A program made the position numbers and the translations under genes. This document shows positions 23,620-33,692 of a stretch of DNA of 33,692 nt, one piece after another; position 1 is the stretch's first letter; each line of letters begins with the position of its first letter. The stretch spans positions 1 to 33,692 of the forward strand of contig NIVC01004620.1 in NCBI GenBank assembly GCA_002269645.1, given 5' to 3'. The notes under the pieces are model-generated. The model ran no database searches and was not told the DNA's origin. It saw nothing but the letters and a program-made list of their open reading frames with translations. The stretch is from Macrostomum lignano (Eukaryota).

Positions 23620-23802
23620 TTAGCCGGCGAGAGCGGTCTTGGCCAGAGACAGCAGGTCCTGGACAGTGCGGCCGGAAGCGGAGCACTGCTGGCTTAGATA
23701 GTGCATCGACTTCTCGGCCATGAGTTCCCATTCGGGCCGGTAGCGGGCTAATCGAGTCTGCAGGTACGCCAGCACCAGAGCCGTTGCCCAGGCGTCGTCA
23801 GA
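23620..23802 (-). CDS. VWA5A: VWA5A-like terminal exon 7 (SDDAWATALVLAYLQ..EWELMAEKSMHYL..LAG*)
   Basis: Matches the VWA5A C-terminal WAT..L..EWELL..KA motif; cccgcag acceptor; 61 codons. Confidence 0.9.
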   Translation of the reverse strand, partial: SDDAWATALVLAYLQTRLARYRPEWELMAEKSMHYLSQQCSASGRTVQDLLSLAKTALAG

Positions 23803-23924
23803 CTGCGGGAGGTGGGAAATGGCATGCAGAGCCGCAACTAGTGTCAGGGCTGGGATGAAATGGGGCTCGGCTGTCAGCTAGATGACTGCCGGTGCCCACT
23901 ACTTACATTAGGATTTACCAATTA

Positions 23925-24275
23925 TAGTTTAGGTTAGGTTTTGGTTAAGATTTAATGTAGCTAGCTATTAGGTTTCAGGTTAGTCTTGGGTTTTGATTAC
24001 GGTTCAGCAATTAAGTTTTTTTCAGGTTCTATATAGGTTGAGGGTTTAGGTTAGGTTTAGGTTTCAGGTCAGGTTTAGGTTTAGGGTTTAGGTTTAGAGT
24101 TTAGGTCAGGTTTAGGTTTAGTTTAGGGTTTAGGTCAGGTTTAGGTTTAGGGTTTAGGTTTAGGGTTTAGGTCAGGTTTAGGTTTAGTTTAGGGTTTAGG
24201 TCAGGTTTCGGGTTAGAGTTTAGGTCAGGTTTAGGTTTAGGGTTTAGGTTAGGTTTAGACTTTCGGTTAGGGTTT
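23925..24275. repeat. Degenerate telomere-like (TTTAGG/TTTAGGG/TCAGG)n tract in VWA5A-like intron 6
   Basis: Direct reading. Confidence 0.85.
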
Positions 24276-24450
24276 ATGTAGCTATCAAGTTAGTCGATTG
24301 ATGTTAGTGCTTAGGGCTAGGTTCGATAGTCAAATTGTTGTACTCGTAGGCCTCGGATGAAGCATAAGGGATCTGAGCACTAAAAGCTGTTAAACAGCCC
24401 CAAATTTTAGATAATAAAATAGAAAATCGCAGGCGCAGTCCCATCCTCAC

Positions 24451-24851
24451 CAGTCCAGCGGGCTTGCTAGCCTTCAGCTGATCGGCAGTCAGGCCCAGCA
24501 CAGACAGCACGTCCGACCCAGCTGACCAGTGCCCATCGAAAGCCTGCAGTCTGGCAATTCTGATATTAGCCGGCGGCTCTCTGCTGGCCCCTGAAGGAGG
24601 CGGCGGTGGTGGCGGCGGCGGCGGCGGAGGCGGGGCCTGGGAAGCGGGCGCCGGTACATGCGCACGAGATTTCACTGCAGACCCTATCGGAATGGAACAG
24701 GACCCACGCTGCTGTGCGAGCATCTGCCTTTGACGGGGTGGGGGTGGTGGAGGAGGCGGCGGCGGGGCACAGTCGGGTGCATCCATAGCGAAGTCCATCA
24801 TCCCGCCCATTGGCGGCGGGGGCGGCGGCGGTGCACAAAATGCGGCACCGA
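24451..24851 (-). CDS. VWA5A: VWA5A-like exon 6 (poly-Pro tracts, then [11 protein letters not shown]..)
   Basis: LQxxDGxW motif typical of VIT-VWA C-terminal domains; ttttag acceptor (phase 1), gtgagg donor. Confidence 0.85.
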
Positions 24852-24979
24852 CTAAAATGCAGTGGTTATGCAATTACTGTATAATCGATTTAATCAAGTA
24901 AAAACTCATTTTTCCATTTCACTGCAAGAAATTGACAGACTGAGTTTGTCATTAATGTACTGGTAATAAGGCTGCACGC

Positions 24980-25998
24980 AACTGAGGATCTGGGTGGCTG
25001 GCTCAGCAACTGAGGATCTGGGTGGCTGGCTCAGCAACTGAGGATCTGGGTGACTGGCTCAGCAACTGAGGATCTGGGTGGCTGGCTCAGCAACTGAGGA
25101 TCTGGGTGGCTGGCTCAGCAACTGAGGATCTGGGAGGCTGGCTCAGCAACTGAGGATCTGGGAGTCTGGCTCAGCAACTGAGGATCTGGGAGTCTGGCTC
25201 AGCAACTGAGGATCTGGGAGTCTGGCTCAGCAACTGAGGATCTGGGAGGCTGGCTCAGCAACTGAGGATCTGGGAGTCTGGCTCAGCAACTGAGGATCTG
25301 GGAGGCTGGCTCAGCAACTGAGGATCTGGGAGTCTGGCTCAGCAACTGAGGATCTGGGAGGCTGGCTCAGCAACTGAGGATCTGGGAGTCTGGCTCAGCA
25401 ACTGAGGATCTGGGAGTCTGGCTCAGCAACTGAGGATCTGGGAGGCTGGCTCAGCAACTGAGGATCTGGGAGTCTGGCTCAGCAACTGAGGATCTGGGAG
25501 GCTGGCTCAGCAACTGAGGATCTGGGAGTCTGGCTCAGCAACTGAGGATCTGGGAGGCTGGCTCAGCAACTGAGGATCTGGGAGTCTGGCTCAGCAACTG
25601 AGGATCTGGGAGTCTGGCTCAGCAACTGAGGATCTGGGAGTCTGGCTCAGCAACTGAGGATCTGGGAGGCTGGCTCAGCAACTGACACTCTGGGAGGCTG
25701 GCCCAGCAACTGACACTCTGGGAGGCTGGCCCAGCAACTGACACTCTGGGAGGCTGGCCCAGCAACTGACACTCTGGGAGGCTGGCCCAGCAACTGACAC
25801 TCTGGGAGGCTGGCCCAGCAACTGACACTCTGGGAGGCTGGCCCAGCAACTGACACTCTGGGAGGCTGGCCCAGCAACTGACTCTCTGGGAGGCTGGCCC
25901 AGCAACTGACACTCTGGGAGGCTGGCCCAGCAACTGACACTCTGGGAGGCTGGCCCAGCAACTGACTCTCTGGGAGGCTGGCCCAGCAACTGAGGATC
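24980..25998. repeat. 28-bp tandem repeat (GCAACTGAGGATCTGGGAGGCTGGCTCA)n with a second variant block (GACACT/GCCCA); VWA5A-like intron 5
   Basis: Period 28 (25034, 25062); the variant switches near 25680. Confidence 0.95.
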
Positions 25999-26128
25999 TG
26001 GAGCATAAGTAAAGTCATACTAAAAGTGTCGTCTTAAAGGCTCGAATATCTAAGATGCAAAGTAGCACACCGCAGTAGCAGGGGGTGTACTGGATTATAT
26101 TGCATGTAGACATAATATCATTGCTCAC

Positions 26129-26276
26129 ATTGCACTCCATCCGATGCCAGATACGATCTGGCAGGAGGCGCAGCGCTCCTTCGCATCATTTGAGGCATTT
26201 GCATCATTTGAGGCATTTCCATCATGTACATTCTTCCATAAGCACCTTGATTTCCATGAGGCTGAATAGCATCCAC
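26129..26276 (-). CDS. VWA5A: VWA5A-like exon 5, low-complexity (VDAIQPHG..MMEMPQMMQMPQMMRR..)
   Basis: cacag acceptor and gtgagc donor. The 148-nt length (phase 0 to 1) bridges exons 4 and 6 in frame. Confidence 0.7.
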
Positions 26277-26419
26277 CTGTGTGTAGAGATGCAAGAAGTT
26301 TTAAAAAGACGCGTTCAAATTTCCATATTATCGAGCAAGACATGAATAAAAACTGGACAATTTTGGATAAATCTACAGTAAAAATCAAGTCAAAGAGCAG
26401 AAGTAACTGCTAGATAGAA

Positions 26420-26690
26420 GGGGGGGCAGTAGCCTAGTGGTCAGAGCGTCGGACTCACGACTTGAAGGTCGGGGGTTCGATTCCCGATCCCATCGGAACA
26501 ATTTGTGTCCCTGAATATGACCACTTAACTCTTAAGGCTTCATTGAATTCCTTAGTTTCAAAAGCCACCTATTCACTAAAGTATAAATATCTAGAACATA
26601 CCTATTAGTTATAAGCATCGTGTTTTAAGGCACAAAGATTCATCACTTTCTTGGACTTCGCTATAAAAACTACACTGTATAAAGATGACA
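26420..26690 (+). mobile_element. tRNA-derived SINE (tRNA-like head 26420-26491), antisense within VWA5A-like intron 4; 3' end uncertain
   Basis: A box TAGCCTAGTGG, B box GGTTCGATTCC and an intact T-arm, but the acceptor and anticodon stems are broken. It is followed by TGTGTCCCTGA..CACTTAAC, resembling a SINE central domain. Confidence 0.65.
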
Positions 26691-27745
26691 GAGGAAAGAG
26701 AAGAGATGGAGAGAGGAGAAGAGAGAGGAGAGGAGAGGAGATAGGTGAGGAGAGGAGATAAGAGATGAGAGGAGAGAGGAGAGAAGAGGAGAGGAAAGAA
26801 AAGAGAGAAGAGAGGAGAGAAGAGGAGAGGAAAGAAAAGAGAGAAGAGAGGAGAGGAGAGGAAAGAAAAGAGAGAAGAGAGGAGAGAAGAGGAGAGGAAA
26901 GAAAAGAGAGAAGAGAGGAGAGGAGAGGAAAGAAAAGAGAGAAGAGAGAAGAGGAGAGGAAAGAAAAGAGAGAAGAGAGGAGAGGAAAGAAAAGAGAGAA
27001 GAGAGAAGAGAGGAGAGGAAAGAAAAGAGAGAAGAGAGAAGGAGAGGAAAGAAAAGAGAGAAGAGAGGAGAGGAAAGAAAAGAGAGAAGAGAGAAGAGAG
27101 GAGAGGAAAGAAAAGAGAGAAGAGAGAAGAGGAGAGGAAAGAAAAGAGAGAAGAGAGAAGAGGAGAGGAAAGAAAAGAGAGAAGAGAGAAGAGGAGAGGA
27201 AAGAAAAGAGAGAAGAGAGGAAAGGAAAGAAAAGAGAGAAGAGAGAAGAGAGGAGAGGAAAGAAAAGAGAGAAGAGAGAAGAGGAGAGGAAAGAAAAGAG
27301 AGAAGAGAGAAGAGGAGAGGAAAGAAAAGAGAGAAGAGAGGAGAGGAGAGGAAAGAAAAGAGAGAAGAGAGGAGAGGAGAGGAAAGAAAAGAGAGAAGAG
27401 AGAAGAGGAGAGGAAAGAAAAGAGAGAAGAGAGAAGAGGAGAGGAAAGAAAAGAGAGAAGAGAGGAGAGAAGAGGAGAGGAAAGAAAAGAGAGAAGAGAG
27501 GAGAGAAGAGGAGAGGAAAGAAAAGAGAGAAGAGAGGAGAGAAGAGGAGAGGAAAGAAAAGAGAAAAGAGAGGAGAGAAGAGGAGAGGAAAGAAAAGAGA
27601 GAAGAGAGGAGAGAAGAGGAAAGAAAAGAGAGAAGAGAGGAGAGAAGAGGAGAGGAAAGAAAAGAGAGAAGAGAGGAGAGAAGAGGAGAGGAAAGAAAAG
27701 AGAGAAGAGAGGAGAGAAGAGGAAAGAAAAGAGAGAAGAGAAAAA
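26688..27745. repeat. Almost pure-purine (GA-rich) compound tandem repeat, ~1.05 kb
   Basis: Direct reading; units like AGAGAAGAGAGGAGAGGAAAGAAA. Confidence 0.97.
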
Positions 27746-27839
27746 CTTACAAGAGACACAAACCTTAAGCGGGTCGAATTGCTATTGTTTCGAAGGACCC
27801 GAAGGCCGGATAGAGGTTGCCGACCCCTGGGCTAAACTA

Positions 27840-28336
<497 letters not shown>

Positions 28337-28379
28337 CTGTGGGACACGGGGTGGCAATCTCAGCTGCTTCGAAGTAGAT

Positions 28380-29510
28380 AGAGCTCAGAGTCGGGGGGAG
28401 GGAATTCAGACTGGGAGCTCAGAGTCGGGGGAGGGAATTCAGACTGGGAGCTCAGAATCGGGGGGGGGAGGGAATTCAGACTGGGAGCTCAGAGCCTGGG
28501 GAGGGAATTCAGACTGGGAGCTCAGAGTCGGGGGAGGGAATTTAGACTGGGAGCTCAGAGTCGGGGGGAGGGAATTTAGACTGGGAGCTCAGAGTCGGGG
28601 GGAGGGAATTCAGACTGGGAGCTCAGAGTCGGGGGGAGGGAATTCAGACTGGGAGCTCAGAGTCGGGGGGAGGGAATTCAGACTGGGAGCTCAGAGTCGG
28701 GGGGGGAATTCAGACTGGGAGCTCAGAGTCGGGGGGGGGAGGGAATTCAGACTGGGAGCTCAGAGCCTGGGGAGGGAATTCAGACTGGGAGCTCAGAGTC
28801 GGGGGGAGGGAATTTAGACTGGGAGCTCAGAGTCGGGGGGAGGGAATTTAGACTGGGAGCTCAGAGTCGGGGGAGGGAATTCAGACTGGGAGCTCAGAGT
28901 CGGGGGGAGGGAATTTAGACTGGGAGCTCAGAGTCGGGGGGAGGGAATTTAGACTGGGAGCTCAGAGTCGGGGGGAGGGAATTCAGACTGGGAGCTCAGA
29001 GTCGGGGGAGGGAATTTAGACTGGGAGCTCAGAGTCGGGGGAGGGAATTCAGACTGGGAGCTCAGAGTCGGGGGGAGGGAATTCAGGCTGGGAGCTCAGA
29101 GTCAGGGAGGGAATTCAGGCTGGGAGCTCAGAGTCGGGGGAGGGAATTCAGACTGGGAGCTCAGAGTCGGGGGGAGGGAATTCAGACTGGGAGCTCAGAG
29201 TCAGGGAGGGAATTCAGGCTGGGAGCTCAGAGTCGGGGGAGGGAATTCAGACTGGGAGCTCAGAGTCGGGGGGAGGGAATTCAGACTGGGAGCTCAGAGT
29301 CAGGGAGGGAATTCAGACTGGGAGCTCAGAGTCGGGGGAGGGAATTCAGACTGGGAGCTCAGAGTCAGGGGAGGGAATTCAGACTGGGAGCTCAGAGTCA
29401 GGGGAGGGAATTCAGACTGGGAGCTCAGAGACTCGGGTGGAATTCAGACTGGGAGCTCAGAGACTCGGGTGGAATTCAGACTGGGAGCTGAGAGACTCGG
29501 GTGGAATGAA
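28380..29510. repeat. 33-34-bp G-rich tandem repeat (AGACTGGGAGCTCAGAGTCGGGGGGAGGGAATTC)n, VWA5A-like intron 3
   Basis: Period 33 (28511, 28544), with length variation in the G-run. Confidence 0.96.
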
Positions 29511-29542
29511 GACTGAGGTCAGAGCATCTCCCAGAGTGTCAC

Positions 29543-29959
29543 CTGCAGCTGCAAATTGTCAATCGGCTCCAGTCGGTTGGTCTTCAAAAGGCCGACCACG
29601 GCCCGCCTCAGCTGGGCGGCATCGTTGTCCCGGACAAATTCGGCTTGGCCGCGACCAACCCTGGCCACGCCTTTGACCAGAGCGGTGGAGGCGCCGTGAC
29701 CGATGCCGACTGTGTGCACCCGGCAGGCTCCGCTGGAGCAATTATCCTGAACCAGATCCTTCACCGCCTGCACGTTGGACACCTCGCCATCGGTGATGAG
29801 CACCACGGAACGCTTCACAGCCACTGACGGATTGTTACAGCCGCCGCCGAATAGCCACTGCAGAGGGCGAAGGATCTCCGTGCCGCCCATGTTGGCTTCC
29901 AAGCTGGCCTGCAGAGCCAGGGCCGTGTCCAGGGAATTGCCGTCGTAGGGCTGGCTGGT
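29543..29959 (-). CDS. VWA5A: VWA5A-like exon 3, second half of the VWA domain ([32 protein letters not shown])
   Basis: GGTEI and TDGE MIDAS elements; 139 codons, phase 0/0. Confidence 0.93.
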
Positions 29960-30033
29960 CTGAGGGTGCGGGGTGCACTTGCTCGGATTATTTTGTCTGG
30001 CAATAAGACAGCCATTATAGATGAATAAAAAGG

Positions 30034-30034
<1 letters not shown>

Positions 30035-30087
<53 letters not shown>

Positions 30088-30142
30088 GGGACAGACAGAC
30101 AGACAGACAGGGACAGACAGACAGACAGACAGGGACAGACAG

Positions 30143-30175
<33 letters not shown>

Positions 30176-30376
30176 CTAAGACAGACAGACAGACAGACAC
30201 AGACAGGCAGGCAGGCAGGCAGAGAGACAGACAGACAGACAGACAGGCAGGCAGACAGACAGATAGACAGACAGACAGACACTAAGACAGACAGACAGAC
30301 AGACAGACAGACAGGCAGGCAGACAGACAGGCAGGCAGACAGACAGACAGGCAGGCAGACAGACAGACAGACAGGC

Positions 30377-30456
<80 letters not shown>
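30035..30456. repeat. (GACA)n microsatellite, VWA5A-like intron 2
   Basis: Direct reading. Confidence 0.97.
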
Positions 30457-30471
30457 TAGCAGGAGACCAAC

Positions 30472-31056
30472 CGGAAACAGCGGCTGGAAGTTGCTGCCAA
30501 AGCTGATCACATTGAACAGGCAGCCAGCCGGCAGGGACTTCAGAAACAGCAGCAAGGCCTCGCTAGCGGCTCGAATATTCGCGCCAGACATGGAGCCGCT
30601 CCTGTCAACAACCAGGATGAACTCCTTCTGCCGGCTAGCCGATGAGTCATCAGCGGGTGACATCAGCTGCTCGCCAAGCATGAGTTCGCAGTTGAGCACG
30701 CAGCCGCGCAGCACAGACTGCTGCTGGCTGGTGGAAACCGGCTGACGCGACACCAGCAGCTGCGGCAGCGGCCCGCTTGGCTCAGCGTAGCGCAGAATAA
30801 TTTCTAAATCATCGTCGGAGGCATCGCTGTCGCTGTTTAATATTAATTTAAATTTCCGCCCGGGCTCCAGCCAATCAACTCGGGCTTGGGCGCATTCGAC
30901 AGACTGGGCCGGGGCTTGGTCGGTCAGGCTGACCTCGATGCTCAGGCGGCCGCTCAGCCAGCCGGAGCTGCCGCCGCCGCTACCGCCGGCTGCAGACTGC
31001 GGTTCGACAAGCATTTCTGGCCTTGTTGGCGGCTGCACATTCGGCTTGCCGACCTC
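30472..31056 (-). CDS. VWA5A: VWA5A-like exon 2 (..[41 protein letters not shown])
   Basis: DxSxS MIDAS motif and the VWA5A-type LKSLP..FN..FGS motif; 195 codons. Confidence 0.93.
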
Positions 31057-31134
31057 CTGGCGTTGTTTAAGCAATATGAGCTTTTTTAAATAAGGCATTA
31101 GGAGTTTTTATAATTGAAATATCGTTTGAAAAAG

Positions 31135-32335
31135 CCACTGAAGTATCAGGGAGAAGGGCTAGCAGTGGGTACTGAAGGATCAGGGAAAAGGACTAGCAGC
31201 GGATACTGAAGGATCAGGGGGAGGGCAGCAGTGGATACTGAAGGATCAGGGGAGGGGGGCAGCAGAGGATACTGAAGGATCAGGGGGAGGGCAGCAGTGG
31301 ATACTGAAGGATCAGGGAGAAGGGAGGACAGCAGCGGATACTGAAGGATCAGGGAGGGGGCAGCAGAGGATACTGAAGGATCAGGGGAGGGGCAGCAGCA
31401 GAGGATACTGAAGGATCAGGGGAGGGGAGGACAGCAGCGGATACTGAAGGATCAGGGGAGGGGGGCAGCAGAGGATACTGAAGGATCAGGGGAGGGCAGC
31501 AGTGGATACTGAAGGATCAGGGGAGGGGGGCAGCAGAGGATACTGAAGGATCAGGGGAGGGGGGCAGCAGAGGATACTGAAGGATCAGGGGAGGGGGGCA
31601 GCAGAGGATACTGAAGGATCAGGGGAGGGGAGGACAGCAGCGGGTACTGAAGGATCAGGGGGAGGGCAGCAGCGGGTACTGAAGGATTGGGGGAGGACAG
31701 CAGCGGATACTGAAGGATCAGGGGAGGGGGGCAGCAGAGGATACTGAAGGATCAGGGGGAGGGCAGCAGAGGATACTGAAGGATCAGGGGAGGGGAGGAC
31801 AGCAGAGGATACTGAAGGATCAGGGGAGGGGGGCAGCAGAGGATACTGAAGGATCAGGGGGAGGGCAGCAGAGGATACTGAAGGATCAGGGGAGGGGAGG
31901 ACAGCAGAGGATACTGAAGGATCAGGGGAGGGGAGGACAGCAGAGGATACTGAAGGATTGGGGGAGGGCAGCAGAGGATACTGAAGGATTGGGGGAGGGC
32001 AGCAGAGGATACTGAAGGATCAGGGGAGGGGAGGACAGCAGAGGATACTGAAGGATCAGGGGGGGGAGGACAGCAGAGGATACTGAAGGATTGGGGGAGG
32101 GCAGCAGAGGATACTGAAGGATTGGGGAGGGCAGCAGAGGATACTGAAGGATCAGGGGAGGGGAGGACAGCAGAGGATACTGAAGGATCAGGGGAGGGGA
32201 GGACAGCAGAGGATACTGAAGGATTGGGGGAGGGCAGCAGAGGATACTGAAGGATTGGGGGAGGGCAGCAGAGGATACTGAAGGATTGGGGGAGGGCAGC
32301 AGAGGATACTGAAGGATTAGGGGAGGGCAGCAGCA
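31135..32335. repeat. ~30-34-bp G-rich tandem repeat (GGATACTGAAGGATCAGGGGAGGGGGCAGCAGA)n, VWA5A-like intron 1
   Basis: Direct reading. Confidence 0.96.
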
Positions 32336-32367
32336 GCAGCAGCATCAAAGATCGAAGACCCGCTCAC

Positions 32368-32843
32368 CTGTCCAGGCGTATACCTGGGCACCAGTTTCCG
32401 CATAATGGTCATCTTGCACTGGCCAATCTCGGTCTCGTCCAGTTCCAGCAGCGAGGCCATCTTGATAGTCACAGCCGAGCCGGCCTTAACGTTGCCCAAA
32501 TAGCAGTTGAAAACGTCCGATGAGGCGTCGCTTTCGCCGGCCATGGCGGCCGAGAATCCGGCTTGTACAGCCCGCCGAAAAGCCTCGCGAGCCTCCTGTT
32601 TGTCGCGAATCTCGCACTGGATTAGGCGGTCATTCACAGTGGCATCGAATTCGAACAGAGCCGAGGAGTCGTCCTGGGGAAAGCGAACGATACGTGGCGA
32701 GTGTCCTCGACGGCCCGGCTCTGGTAGGTCAGACAGTAGCGAGCCACGGCCAGGTTGCGGTCTAATTCAATGTTTACGGCGCTTTCGGTGAAGGCAAACG
32801 GAGCCTCAGGCGTGGGAATGTTTGCGCAGCGTAGGCAGTACAT
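32368..32843 (-). CDS. VWA5A: VWA5A-like exon 1, VIT domain; contains an apparent 1-nt deletion at ~32676-32682
   Basis: One frame gives MYCLRC..LTYQ..SFAFP. A second frame continues [34 protein letters not shown], matching the VIT domain of VWA5A. Exon length is 476 = 3n-1. Confidence 0.85.
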
Positions 32844-32899
32844 TGCGGCTGCATGAAGATTGGAAACCAGTTTCATAAATACAGGTAATTGTCTCTGTA

Positions 32900-33692
32900 A
32901 CCTACTGGTGGACAGGTGTCTGTCTATAATAAGCTACTGGTGGACAGGTGTCCGTCTATAATAACCTACTGGTGGACAGGTGTCCGTCTAAAATAAGCTA
33001 CTGGTGGACAGGTGTCTGTCTATAATAACCTACTGGTGGACAGGTGTCCGTCTAAAATAAGCTACTGGTGGACAGGTGTCCGTCTATAATAACCTACTGG
33101 TGGACAGGTGTCCGTCTATAATAACCTACTGGTGGACAGATGTTCTGTCTATAATAAGCTACTGGTGGACAGGTGTCTGTCTGTAATAAGCTACTGGTGG
33201 ACAGGTGTTCTGTCTAAAATAAGCTACTGGTGGACAGGTGTCTGTCTATAATAACCTACTGGTGGACAGGTGTCTGTCTATAATAACCTACTGGTGGACA
33301 GATGTTCTGTCTATAATAAGCTACTGGTGGACAGGTGTGTCTATAATAAGCTACTGGTGGACAGGTGTTCTGTCTATAATAAGCTACTGGTGGACAGGTG
33401 TCCGTCTATAATAACCTACTGGTGGACAGGTGTCTGTCTATAATAACCTACTGGTGGACAGGTGTCCGTCTATAATAACCTACTGGTGGACAGATGTTCT
33501 GTCTATAATAAGCTACTGGTGGACAGGTGTCTGTCTATAATAAGCTACTGGTGGACAGGTGTCCGTCTATAATAACCTACTGGTGGACAGGTGTCTGTCT
33601 ATAATAACCTACTGGTGGACAGGTGTCTGTCTATAATAACCTACTGGTGGACAGGTGTCTGTCTATAATAACCTACTGGTGGACAGGTGTTC
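32900..33692. repeat. 32-bp tandem repeat (CTATAATAACCTACTGGTGGACAGGTGTCTGT)n upstream of the VWA5A-like ATG, running off the window
   Basis: Period 32 (32941, 32973). Confidence 0.96.

Noticed and set aside
26420-26491. Functional tRNA gene
   Set aside because: The acceptor stem does not pair, the anticodon stem is mismatched, and there is no oligo-T terminator after the head; it is better explained as a SINE head.
26605-27835. 384-aa S/L/F and 356-aa E/R/K ORFs
   Set aside because: They are translations of the GA-rich satellite inside an intron.

Overview
Animal genomic DNA with GC-rich exons, AT-rich intergenic DNA and repeat-filled spliceosomal introns. The style suggests a flatworm such as Macrostomum, but that is inference only. 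Four genes could be assembled by hand with consistent GT-AG phases. (1) An 8-exon PFKFB-family 6-phosphofructo-2-kinase/fructose-2,6-bisphosphatase (+, ~2228-9351, ~487 aa). (2) Intronless IFT25/HSPB11 (+, 11863-12273). (3) Two-exon NDUFB8 (+, 15053-21776, 190 aa), whose 6.15-kb intron holds a nest of DNA transposons and a SINE. (4) A 7-exon VWA5A-like VIT-VWA gene (-, 32843-23620, ~890 aa) with one 1-nt frameshift in exon 1. Most long ORFs in the supplied track are artefacts of tandem repeats. The best unexplained signal is a ~440-nt imperfect fold-back (12801-13240; 3-nt loop, many G:U-compatible mismatches) between IFT25 and NDUFB8, a candidate long-hairpin/endo-siRNA locus. Also notable: nine unrelated minisatellites with units of 28-35 bp, mostly one per intron, and an intronic array of 14 perfect GTCACGTGAC E-boxes at 31-bp spacing in PFKFB.
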